From contig NC_043001.1 of NCBI RefSeq assembly GCF_006345805.1, positions 97,030,001-97,094,000 of the forward strand: 64,000 nucleotides of DNA. The letters are read 5' to 3'. Source of the stretch: Octopus sinensis. Taxonomy: Eukaryota. Of this stretch, positions 40,994 to 53,090 are shown in pieces (position 1 is the stretch's first letter; each line of letters opens with the position of its first letter). A program made the position numbers and the translations under genes. Below the pieces are notes generated by a model. The model was not told the origin of the DNA. It ran no database searches and saw nothing but the letters and a program-made list of their open reading frames with translations.

Positions 40994-42550
40994 TCAGAGG
41001 AGTGAGGTGTGGTCATTTTCAAGCACTGGAGGTGGATTGTGTTCCCACCAGTTTTTTTCATGGAGCAAATCCAGGTTTTTGCAAATTACCCAGTGAATAT
41101 ATTGTGCAGCTCTATCATCCCTGTTGAGGTACTCTGTAGGCTCTAGAAGACTGCATTTGGAGACAACATGATCAATGGTTTCATTTTGTTGTCGGCATAC
41201 ACGACATGTTGGGCTACTGCTGTTCTTTAATATGTTGGCCTGGTAGTTTCTTGTTGGTAGGCATTGATCTTGAGCTGCTATGATAAACCCCTCTGTTTCA
41301 GATTTTAAGCCAGAGGCCTTTAGCCATTGATGGGTCAGGACTTTGTCAATATCTGCATTATTCGCTCTCTTTGGGTATTTGCCATAGAGAGGTTTTTCTT
41401 GCCATTTATTATTCAGAATATCTAAGGCCGCAGTTTTGGCACGGGTTTTCATGCGCCTAGCTTTTTCTGTGCTTGTTTCTTGTATGTCTATCTCTAATTC
41501 CGAAATAGGTTGTATTCGGAATTCACTTAGATATTCTTTTGCCTGTTTTGTGACTGAGTATGATGCTTTCTTGTTTTCATGTTTTGAGACAAGTTTTAAC
41601 ATCCAGTCCTCAGACTTTTTCAGGTAGGTGTCTAGGCCAATTGTAGCAATCTTCATTGTTATTGCCAGTTGCAAAAGACCACGGCCTCCCTCTTTTCTTG
41701 GCAGATAGAGTCGTTCTGTATCTGCCTTCTGTATATGCATTGTCAACAGTTTCCTTATTTTTCTGTCGAGCTGACATATTTCAGTAATTGACCAGTTAAC
41801 AATATTGAAACTGTAAGTCACGACTGGTATGGCTAATGCATTGATCGCTTCGATCCTGTTTCTTGCATTCAGCTCTGTCTTGAGTATTGCACTCACTCTT
41901 CGATAGCATTCTCTCCTGATCCTTTCCTTCATCTCTGAATGCCTTATTCCGTTCCATTCAATTACCCCTAGGTACTTGTAGCTCTCCGCTGGGTCTAGTT
42001 CTTTTATGACATTCTGATGGTCAAGGTTAACGTTAGATGTTTCTGTCATTTTTCCTTTGATAAAGGTAGCTTTTGCACATTTATCGAGGCCGAATTGCAT
42101 TCTGATGTCGTCACTGAATTGTTTGATTATCGCTAGTAAGCCCTTGAGTTGTTGGTAATTTTTTGCAAAAAACTTTAAATCATCCATGTAAATGAGATGA
42201 TTTATATTTTTATCAAACATTTTATACCCGTACTGCGCATCATTGAGCAGCTTTGAGAGAGGTATTAAGGATAAACAAAAGAGGAGTGGTGACAGTGAGT
42301 CACCCTGGAAAATGCCACACGAAATTTTTACATCACCAGCATTTAGGGATTCATTGTCACTGTTCAGAGTTAGTGTGGTTCTCCATGATCTCATACTTAC
42401 AGTCAAGAAGTTTCGCAGAGTAGGTGCTATCTTATACATTTCTAGGCATTTCCTAATCCAGCTATGTGGTAGGCTAACAAAAGCCTTTTTATAGTCTATC
42501 CAGGCTATTGATAAGTTTTTGTGTCGTTTGTGACAATCTTCTAAGATCAT
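40994..42550 (-). pseudogene. Reverse transcriptase core and zinc knuckle of the LINE (518 aa open)
   Basis: IAWIDYKKAFVSLPH (the usual KAFD is KAFV), GIFQGDSLSPLLF, IYMDDLK, YKYLG, CRVCRQQNETIDHVVSKC. Confidence 0.92.
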
Positions 42551-42551
42551 C

Positions 42552-43325
42552 TTATTGATGAGTAGTGGTCTTTACAGCCGTGGATCCACGTTTACATCCT
42601 TTCTGTTCATTAGGGAATATGCTGCTGTCTGTTAAAAAACTATAGGTATATTCCGTCAGGACAGATGTTAGCGTTTTGTACATAGTTGTTAAGCAGGTTA
42701 TGGGTCTATAGTTTTTTGGTTCATTTGTTTCTTCACTTTTTGGAAGCAGGAATGTTAACCCATTAACTAGCCAAGGTAGCATCCTACTAGGTTGTTGCAA
42801 AACATCATTGTACAGTTCTGTTAGCAGTTCATGGCTCTCTGGGAAGGCATTCAGCCAGAAGTTAGGAATTTTATCCTTTCCTGGAGACTTCCATTTGCTT
42901 GACCTCCTGAGAGCAGATCTTATATCTTCTACCTTGACACCCTCCCACTTTTGCTCTTCTAAGGGGTCCAGTTCTGTAGATATTCTGTCAATCCAGGGGG
43001 CATTTTCGTTGTGTGTTTTTTCTTCTGCCCAGATTTTATTCCAAAATCCCTGCACTTCTTCTTTTGATGGTACAGACCTTGCAGTAAACGCTGTTTTTCC
43101 TATCTTCCTGTAAAAATTCTTGGGGTTATTTTTGAACATGTTGTTGTCCTTGAAAAATCTAACACGCTTTTCATACCTCGCTATGCGGGCAGCTTTGGCA
43201 GATACCTTTTGTTTGATGGTTTCTATGGTGGCATCAATATCAAGTATATTTTTGATATTGTATTTTTTCAGTAATTTTTGGGTTATTGTAGGTTTGGTAG
43301 TCTTGTGAGCCTTGAGGTTTTTCAA
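42552..43325 (-). pseudogene. Pre-RT and RT N-terminal segment of the LINE
   Basis: KWKSPGKDKIPNFWL, TFLLPKSEET..PKNYRPITCLTTMYKTLT, EQKGCKRG; frameshift at about 42560. Confidence 0.9.
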
Positions 43326-43940
43326 ATATTCAATGACAGATCTAAATATTTTAATTTGTTGTTGCAGACGCTCTTGCCAAGAAGGCTTTTTGTGGGAATG
43401 TTGCCGTTTTCTAATCTTTACACCACATAGGGTCGTTCAGATTTTCGCGGATGCATAGTATAGGTGGTTGAGGTTTGTGATATCAACATCATTAGCTGAA
43501 ATTATATCCTTAAGTGCAAGCCGGATTTTACCAATTATTTTCATTTTTTGGTTAGAGTTGCGGATTTTAGGGAGTGTATCACGTTCATCCATGCTGGTTT
43601 CTTTAATTCTCAGTCATTCAATCATGATTTGATTTTTTAGCTCATGTAGTTCTGTTGGGTCAATATTTGTGTGACTTTCTTTATCTATTTGATGCTCATC
43701 TGTCTTAGTGTTTATGATTGGTTTCACTTTGCCTATCACTTATACTAACTCTTTCAATCCTCTCTTCGTTTTTATCAGCCCAGGGCTGGTCTATAATTAT
43801 TTCCTCTGTATTATCTTCTCTAGCTGCAGCTTTGTTCATTTTATCCGATATTGCTTGTCTAACTTGATCAATCTCTACTTCAGTCAGTAATTTTTTTTTA
43901 TAATGTTTCTTCTGACGTTGGCAAGTTTGTTACTGTCTAT

Positions 43941-44303
43941 TTAGGGTCTTACTTCAGGGTGTTTCTGTCTCCAGTTTAAGCATGCTTGTACAGTGTTAGA
44001 TTTATCTGTGGGGAAATATATGGCATGGTAGAAGGCCTCAAGAACTTCTTTATTATCTTCCCTAGACCATTTTTCCTTCTTTTTCTTTTGATTATTTGGT
44101 GATGAGCATTGATGGCCATCTGTTGGAATATTCCGGTTGTGGGGTACGTCCAGCTCCTGTGTGTTGGGAAGATTTGATCCAGTAGCTGATTTTTCAATCA
44201 GAATTTGGTTCAATTTTCGGGTACGTGGTCTTTTGTAATCCGCGCAACGACCAATGCGGTTTATTGTTTGATTTGTTGACCTTGAAGCATGACGAGCTTC
44301 CAT
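43941..44303 (-). pseudogene. N-terminal segment of the LINE ORF
   Basis: KKEKWSREDNKEVLEAFYHAIY..WRQKHP, a basic W-rich motif typical of R4/Dong N-termini. Confidence 0.7.
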
Positions 44304-44414
44304 TCTTATATTAGGAGATGGATCTGTCAGTTTAAGGTTCTCTACATGTAAGCATTGCTCATAGCGCAGCTTCTTAAGCTAGGAGATCTATATTCGTCTG
44401 TATTTTTTTTGTTA

Positions 44415-44513
<99 letters not shown>

Positions 44514-44525
44514 TCTTATTATTAT

Positions 44526-44600
44526 TCAGGACACTGCCTGGAATCGAACACGGAATCTTGGGGTTAGTAGCCCGCGATCTCAACCACTATGACATATGCT
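44526..44600 (-). mobile_element. tRNA-derived SINE head
   Basis: TGTCATAGTGG (A-box-like), GGG-CTACTAA-CCC anticodon-like arm, GTTCGATTCC (B box), followed directly by gtgtcctga(ATA)n. Confidence 0.75.
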
Positions 44601-44601
44601 C

Positions 44602-44605
44602 GTGA

Positions 44606-44683
<78 letters not shown>

Positions 44684-45140
44684 GTAACAACAACAACAAC
44701 AACAGCAACAGCATAAAAAAATACCTCAGGAATGAGTACCCAGGTTCGAAATTTCCCCAAGACACCTGATGACGGTTGCAGGATATATCAGCCGAAATAT
44801 AGTTCAGTCAACAAGAAGCAAGATGAGGACAAATATCCGTCAATTGTAAATAAGGTAAATAATGTACGTAATTCCTTGTCTCTCAAATATGAAACTCTAT
44901 AATCTAATGTATATTATTCCCATTATTTATACTATTTACATTTGACGGATATTTGTCCTCATCTTGCTTCTTGTTAACAGAACGTTTCGGTTGATATACC
45001 TTCCAGTCTTCATCAGAGTAAATCAGCCGAAACGTTGTATTAACATCAAACAAGATAAAGACAAATATCCTTCAAATGTAAATAATGTAAATAATGTAAA
45101 TAACGTACATAATTCCTCATCTCTTAAATATAGAAGTGTA
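44602..45140. mobile_element. 5'-truncated plus copy of the same SINE with three alternating hammerhead tail segments (plus, minus, plus)
   Basis: gtgacctga(ATA)n..aatacctcaggaatgagtacccaggttcg..gacacctgatga..cagccgaaa; minus copy at about 44975-45016; partial plus copy at about 45022-45045. Confidence 0.8.
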
Positions 45141-45264
45141 TTGTACATCCTAATTTCAGTGAGTTTCAACAATGTAGATTTACTTGCTCACACTACTGAA
45201 TTAAAGTCTCAGGATTTGAAAATTCCCCGAGTACGTGTGCCCTTAACATAATTCTGAAGAATAC

Positions 45265-45460
45265 AAGGCGGCGAGCTGGCAGAATCGTATTTCGTCTGTC
45301 GCTATGCGTTGAGTTCAAATTCCACCGTGATCGACTTTGACTTTTATCCTTCCGAGGTCAATAAATTAAGTACCAGTTGCGTAATGGTGTCGATCTAATC
45401 GACTAGCCTATCCGCGCCCTAAAATTTCAGGCTTTGTGCCTATAATAGAAAGGATAATTA
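45265..45460 (+). mobile_element. SINE family S2
   Basis: aaggcggcgagctggcagaatc...gagttcaaattcc...aagtaccagttgcgta. Confidence 0.85.
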
Positions 45461-46319
45461 TCAAGAATATGCATCACTAATTTGGTAAGAGAGCACATAT
45501 TGAGTATGATGATTGCTCGATTGGACTGTCTCCTCTAAGATCACCCAGTACAAAATTCGTGAGGAATAAAGCATATGGTAAAAGACAATTGTTAACTTAC
45601 CAAATGGCAGGTTCGAACCAAAATCTTCTTGATTGCGAAGCAAACTTCTTAAAATTCAACCATGTCACGTATGTAAGTAATACGTGTAATTATACAAGAA
45701 CTATAGACTAAAATTATATGTGCCATTTTGCTTGATCTAATGGAAACTGTTTCCGTTGTTGTTGCTTAAAATCAGCTTAGCCTTGTATAAGCAGATCTTC
45801 GATTAAAGATGCTACAGTCAAGATTATCATTTATTTTGCAGACACAGGGTATTTACAATTGTCTAATCCACCGTGGCCGCCGGGTTTAAAGAAAAACAGT
45901 GAATATACTCAGTGATATTTTGTAGCTATTTATAAGCGGATAACGACTCCCTTATTTAAACTGCAACTGCAGCAATACGTCTCAGATTGTTTTTGTCATA
46001 GCAGTCGTTGAGGTTATGCAACCAGTAAATAAACCTGTAGGAAATGTAGGCGCGTGATGTGGTAAGAGTAATACTTCTCTTGCTGTGATAAACTTACGAT
46101 GGCGACGCTAGTACTGCTGCAATTACTTCATCAGCATCAACATCTTCACAACCGCCACGAGCATTAACTCCACATACTACCACCACCACCACCACCAACA
46201 GAATAATAATAAAAATACTACTACTACTACTACTACTTACTACTACTACTACTACTAATAATAATAATAATAATAATAATCATAATGATAATAATAATAA
46301 TAATAATACTATTTAAAAA

Positions 46320-46545
46320 CAAAATGCTTTACTACCCACAAGGGGCTAAACACAGAAGGGAAAAACAAGCACAGACAAAGGGATTAACTCGACTACATCG
46401 ACCCCAGTGCGTAACTGGTACTTAATTTATCGACCCCGAAAGGATGAAAGGTAAAGTCGACCTCGGCGGAATTTGAACTCACAACGTAACGGCAGACGAA
46501 ATACGGCTACGCATTTCGCCCGGCGTTCTAACGTTTCTGCCAATA
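46320..46545 (-). mobile_element. SINE family S2, well preserved
   Basis: Reverse complement of the S2 body, flanked by (AAT)n. Confidence 0.85.
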
Positions 46546-46560
46546 ATAATAATAATAATG

Positions 46561-46603
<43 letters not shown>

Positions 46604-46992
46604 CAGTTCTCCCTTCATTCTCATATCATTCTCATGCTTCCCACCAGTCCACATCCTGATCTGCATCAACAGAAATATCACCCTTCTATCGGCAACAACA
46701 TTGTTTAGTATCATGATGATGATACCTTGCTGATGGTATTCCTAATGGTGATAACGGTATTGGTGCTGATTGTGGTGATTGTTAAAAGTGTTGTGACATA
46801 GGACTTGAGCTCTAACCTCCAACTTAGTGTTTTGCGTGGTTGATATTGTCAGAAAGAAAACAAAATGTAACAGGAGAAATGGAGAATTAACATATTTTCA
46901 ATTTCAGGAACTGCATTACAGCGTCATTTAACCTGAATATACATGCCTACATACGTATATACACATATATTAGAGTATGTTTTCTCTCCCCA

Positions 46993-47054
<62 letters not shown>

Positions 47055-47072
47055 ATATATATATATATATAT

Positions 47073-47283
47073 TACTCTTTTTCTTGTTTCAGTCATTTGA
47101 CTGCGGCCATGCTGGAGCACCGCCTTTTAATCGAGAAACTCGTCCCCGGGACTTATTCTTTTGTAGGCCCAGTACTTATTCTATCGGTCTCGTTTGCCGA
47201 ACCGCTAAGTAACGGGGACATAAACACACCAGCATCGGTTGTCAAGCAATACTAGGGGGACAAACACAGACACATAAACACAT

Positions 47284-47314
<31 letters not shown>

Positions 47315-47486
47315 CATATATACGACAGGCTTCTTTCAGTTTCCGTCTACCAAATCCACTTACAAGGCATTGGTCGGCCCGGGGCTATAGCAGAAGACAC
47401 ATGCCCAAGATGCCACGCAGTGGGACTGAACCCGGAACCATGTGGTTGGTTAGCAAGCTACTTACCACACAGCCACTCCTGCGCCT
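47073..47486 (-). mobile_element. Full-length SINE family S1
   Basis: Reverse complement of 31701-32122. Confidence 0.9.
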
Positions 47487-47533
47487 ATGTATATATATAT
47501 ATATATATTATATATATATATATATATATGTGT

Positions 47534-47571
<38 letters not shown>

Positions 47572-47756
47572 TGTGGTTGTGAGTGAATATTATTTTAAAC
47601 GGTGGAATCATTTCATCGTGATATGCCGGATATTCTTTGGTTTGGGCTACAATTGTGCCGATTAAGAATAAAGTATGCACACACATGCTTTGAGTGGATT
47701 ACAAAACATACACACACGTACACATTCATACACAGACATGTATATGTATATATGTA

Positions 47757-47966
47757 TATAATCAAAAATAAGCAACAAGAATAACTTCGGTAATTTGGTA
47801 CGATCGTTTCACGCTACATTATTTTATTAAATATTGTAAGTATTACAACAGTTCATCAGCCATTAATAGCGGTTTCCCATTAATACATAATTTTCATATT
47901 ATGATGTAGCGTGAAACGATCGTACCAAATTACCGAAGTTATTCTTGTTGCTTATTTTTGATTATA
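47757..47966. repeat. Perfect 63-bp inverted repeat with 84-bp spacer
   Basis: 47757-47819 is the exact reverse complement of 47904-47966. Confidence 0.95.
47796..47862 (-). ncRNA. Minimal type I hammerhead motif
   Basis: UGG-CUGAUGA-AC..(8-bp inner hairpin)..GU-GAA-ACGAUCGU-A/CCA; predicted cut between 47799 and 47798. Confidence 0.65.
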
Positions 47967-48044
47967 ATCACCCCATGGATAACACCATACAAAATTATGG
48001 TGCATCTAACTTAAGTATCATATTCATTTGAATATTTCTCTCTC

Positions 48045-48133
<89 letters not shown>

Positions 48134-48641
48134 ATATCTGTAAATGTAATATGTGACAATTATTCGATAGCCATGATAAAACTCCGAGTTTCGGATGCCG
48201 AGGTTGAAAATGAATTGTCACATATTACATTTACAAATAAATTCCTCTATTTACATAATATCGAGGTTTCTGCTTTCTTTTCTTGTCTTACCATTTTTAT
48301 CAATATATATATATATATATAGTTAATCCAAACATGAACAAGCAAAGAAAACCAGCAACGCGTGGATGTGGAATAAGTAGAGTGTTATTGGACGTTCAGG
48401 AATGGAAAGAAAAGAAAAATGATTTCCCGTTTCCAGAGGAGCCCTTCGTCAGAATTATAGAAAAAGAACAAATAAGGAATCCGGAGAAAGAAAATCGCCA
48501 ACGATACACACGCTGTCACATATTGAAGCCCAATGTATGCATATACATACATATGTGTATGTATAGATGAGGGCGTATGATACTTTAACGGCGGTGCATC
48601 AGCATGGCCGCAGCTCTAAGCTGAAACATGCATAATATATA

Positions 48642-48674
<33 letters not shown>

Positions 48675-48687
48675 ATATGTATGTATG

Positions 48688-48722
<35 letters not shown>

Positions 48723-48731
48723 AAGTATATA

Positions 48732-49925
48732 TTGGGTTTACAAGTAAGTTCCCGCAGTTTTTCAAATTAAAGTTTTTAAAAAGTTTTAATAAAAAATAAC
48801 ATCTAATTAATCAATAATGTATTCACCCTTGTTGTTTACAACTTCTTCCCGACGTTCAACAAGATTTGCAATACCTCGTTGGTAGAAATCTGCATCAGTA
48901 TTGAACGAAACTCCGCGCATAGAATTTGAAAGGGAACGAAAGTGGTGGAAATCCGTTGGTGCCAATTCAGGAAAGGACGGCGAGTGTAGCAGCACTTCCC
49001 AACCATGCGTTTGAATGGCTTCCTTAGTCATATTGTTGATATGAGGGCGGGTGTTGTCGTGCAGCAGAATATCATGCTGCCGATTAGGGATTTTGTCTTG
49101 AATAGCCGTGATGAGTCGGCCCATCTGTTGAAGATAGAGTTCCGCGTTGACCGTTTGGTTCCGTTCAAGCAATTCGTAATGGATAATCCCTTCCCAGTCC
49201 CACGATACGCACAACATCGTTTTACGCGGATGAAGATCTTGTTTCACGCGCGGTGTCGCTTGTTTACCAGGGCTAAGCCGTTCCTTACGCTGCTTCATAT
49301 TGATGTACAGGCGCCATTTCTCGTCGCCCGTAACGATTCGGTAAAGGAAACGTTGCTTCTGTCCATGAGTTGACCGGTGACGAGCAAGTAAAACAGCAGA
49401 GATTGTGGGTCGTTGATTTTTGTTGTTGTCACCTAAAGCATGCGGAACACATGTTCCCTGTTTCTGAAACTTTCCAATCATGTGAAGATACTTGTCTATA
49501 GCTGTTTGGAAGCATTCCATTTTCTCTGTCAGTTCCCTTGTCGTTTGACGAGAATTTACGTGCAAAATTTGGTTTGATCGCTCTTCATGGAACTCAACTG
49601 GACGGCCAGAACGAGGTGCGTTTTGAGGTCAAAATTTCCATCTTTGAACTTGGCATACCAATCACGAGTGGTTCTTTCAGATATTGCTCCCTCTCCATAC
49701 AACAGCACAAAGATCTCGAGCAGCTTTTGCGGTCTTAGAACCTTTATTAAAAGCAAAAAGGTGTACAAAATGCTCGTTTTTCTTAACTTGACATTCCATT
49801 TTAATGATCTGAAAATAAACAAAAGTGAACTAAAATTATCTAGGAAAAAAAACTAAATAGATTCCAAAATGATTGAAAAATGTAAAAACGCAACAATTTC
49901 CAAAATTTATAAAAAAGTCGGAAAC
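48732..49925 (-). mobile_element. Mariner transposon, disrupted; right TIR eroded
   Basis: TA-ttgggtttacaagtaagttcccgcag end; ORF 48807-49565 with IVTGDEKW, LHPRKTML, LHDNTRPH, LAPTDFHHFRSL; HTH piece YGEGAISERTTRDWYAKFKDG at 49556-49822. Confidence 0.9.
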
Positions 49926-49942
49926 GTTATATATATATATAT

Positions 49943-49985
<43 letters not shown>

Positions 49986-50082
49986 TGTTATATTTCGGAA
50001 TGGTCATATTTAATATACTATATATATTAATATATATATATATATATATATTATATCTATATATATATAATATATATATATA

Positions 50083-50120
<38 letters not shown>

Positions 50121-51419
50121 CATTCTTCTAATAATCGTCTTGGCAACCCTAAATTGTAACTTTATACAATTTAGCAATATAGTTTAAAGTATTCAACTAT
50201 AGTACCCCATGATAAAATGTCCCCTGTATCTATGAAAACAGACCATCGGAATTGTTTCAACCAATCAATTTAATAGAATTATATCATCTTGCATTTTTAT
50301 CAAGACGGTAATCTTTGATTTGCGGGACGTTTAATATCTATTTCACGCAAGGCGATCCACTCCATTTCCGTCCCTTGTAAAGAAAAGAGCTAACGCTCAT
50401 TTTAAACGTACCCGAAACTTACGTAAGCCAAGGTAGATTCATAATATTCTCTACGAATAATTAGTTACAATAATTCTTGTTGTTTTGGGTTGTGGGTATG
50501 ACAAAGGTGATGGGGGAACTAAAGGTTACATCTATTTATTTATATATTTACTTGAGGGCAATGGCAACGGTACCATGATACTTGTTTATACTTAGCACCA
50601 ATTGACATGACAAAGATATCACCTTGTAACGCAAAAGGTAATGAAACGACAAATTCTTTAGAATAATTTTTTTCTATTTTCCGACACTAATTCATTCTTT
50701 CTCTCCTTTTTTTTCTCTCTTGTTGATATCGTCATACCTTTCAGACGCCCTCCTCGTCACATTTCTTTTTCTTTTTTTTTTATATATATATATTTTTTCA
50801 TCCTGGTGTTTGTTGTTATCTTTGTCGGAATCGATTCATCTATCGTTCTCTTGTTCTCTTCATAAGACATATTTTAATACTTTGGCAAGCAAAAAATAAA
50901 TTTAAAAAAAAGGAAAAGAAAAACGAAATAAAATAAAATGAATGAAAAATAAAATAAAAATAGAAATATCAAAAAAATATCAAAAACAACAATATAACCT
51001 AATTGAACAAATGTTTACTCAAACATCACGTTCACAAACAATGAAGCAATATAGAACCCACATATAAAAAAACAGAAAAAATATAAAATAACAAAAAAAA
51101 AAACAAAAAAACAAAAAGAAAGTAACAAGAAAAATAGCGACAGACTTTCAAACTGTTCACTTTTTATTTTCTTCTGTTCTATTCAAACTCGCAGACTATG
51201 GACAATTTCTGGTCTTTTGAACTCGGGAATGGACAGTTTGGAGAGAAATTAAGTCTGGCGGCACGTTCTTAGTTTAGTGGTTTACATACATACAAACATA
51301 CGTACATACACACATGTATATGTGTGTATGTACGTATGTGTAGGTGTGTATGTATACCTATACATACATATGTATATATATATATACACACATGTACATA
51401 CATATACAAAGAGGTATAC

Positions 51420-51450
<31 letters not shown>

Positions 51451-51660
51451 CATATATATATATATATCTACACATACATATATACACGCATATATATTTA
51501 TGCATAAAAAATGTATATAAGTACTTATATATATGTGCATGAGTATGTATACTAGTACTTATATATATATATATTTATATATATGGAGACAGAGATGAAC
51601 AAATGAGAGAAGTGAGATAAGTAGGGAGTGTGTATGGTATACATACCTTACATACGTATA

Positions 51661-51706
<46 letters not shown>

Positions 51707-52251
51707 GTATTATATGTGTATATTGTGTACTGTGTTATGTGTGTATGTATATGTGCGTGTTTATGTCTGTGTGTTTAAACAAAGATATAATGTATTGTTG
51801 GTGTTGAGTGAAGGTTATTACTTAAGCTCTCGACTAGGGTGTTTCGTGACAGGTAGGGTTACTATTGTATACTTAAACAAAATAATTAATTCTACACACC
51901 TTTTTGTACATAGGAGTGGGGCACTACATTAAAATTTATTTCGCTGCAGAAATATTCCCAAGAGAGTCATAGATTAAAAACTGAAAATAAATACATCATA
52001 TTTCCAACATTTGTTAACCCTTTTAATCCCTAAATTCTTTATCGGTGTCCCTTTTCTTTAGAATGGTTAATAAATTTTCTTTTAGTATAAGAAGAAAGTT
52101 CATCGCCGACTGGTTAAGCATAAAATCAGTAACTAACAATAATTTGAATTTAAAAACGAGCAGCAATTTGCTTCGTCAGTTTCTGACAACGTGAACGTAT
52201 CTGTACTGGTAGTAGCGGTAAAATCATGATCATCATGAATAGAAGTGAGGA

Positions 52252-52296
<45 letters not shown>

Positions 52297-52374
52297 CTGC
52301 AGCAGCAGCAGTAGCAGCAGCAGTAGCAATAGTAGCAGTAGTAGTATTAATAGTAGTAGTAGTAGTAGCAATCG

Positions 52375-52724
52375 TTTCTAGTACAGGTGCAAAGCCTGAA
52401 ATTTTGGGAGAGGAGACTAGTCGATTACATCGTCCCCACTCAATGGTACTTAATTTATCGACCCCGAAAGGATGAAAGACAAAGTCAACCTCGACGGAAT
52501 TTGAATTCTGAACAAAGTGACAAGTGAAATAGCTGTTTCGTTATTACCCACTAGGGGCTAACATAGAGGGGACAAACAAGGACTGACAAACAGATTAAGT
52601 CGATTACAACAACAACAACAACAAGGATAATAATAATAATAAAATAATAATAATAATAACAATAATATAAAATTAATAATAATAATAATAATAATAATAA
52701 AATAATATAATAATAATAATAATA

Positions 52725-52755
<31 letters not shown>

Positions 52756-53090
52756 AAGAAGAAGAAGAAGAAATAGAAGAACAACAATAACAACAACAAC
52801 ATAGAAAAATACCTTAGGAATGGGAACCCAGGGGGCATTCGATCAGATCAATCCTCGTACACAATTGGTACTTAATTTATCGAACCCGAAAGAATGATGG
52901 GCAAAGTCGACCACGGCAGAATTTGAACCCAGAATGCAGAACGGATGAAATGTCGCTAATCATTTTGTCAGGCGCGTTAACAATTCTCGGCGGATGCTTG
53001 AACTCAGAACCTAAAGACAGACGAAATTCTGCTAAGAATTTCACCTGGCGTACTCGCGATTCAGGCAGCTCGCCGCCTAGTCCGCCTGCC
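52375..53090 (-). mobile_element. Cluster of SINE S2 copies, one split by trinucleotide tracts and a family A tail fragment
   Basis: S2 3' end at 52540-52605 resumes at about 52845; the insert ends in aacatagaaaaataccttaggaatgggaacccagg. Confidence 0.6.

Larger units (their letters stand above)
40438..44413 (-). mobile_element. Near full-length R4/Dong-clade non-LTR retrotransposon (about 3.98 kb), disrupted
   Basis: N-terminal KWSREDNKEVLEAFY motif, RT (NYRPITCL, QGDSLSPLLF, YMDD), CCHC knuckle and PD-(D/E)xK endonuclease; (TAA)n on both sides. Confidence 0.92.

Noticed and set aside
44526-44600. Functional tRNA gene
   Set aside because: No acceptor stem, a degenerate A box, and it runs straight into SINE body sequence.
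51170-51270. Minus-strand frame [29 protein letters not shown] followed by U-rich UTR-like sequence
   Set aside because: No convincing splice acceptor and no recognisable homolog.
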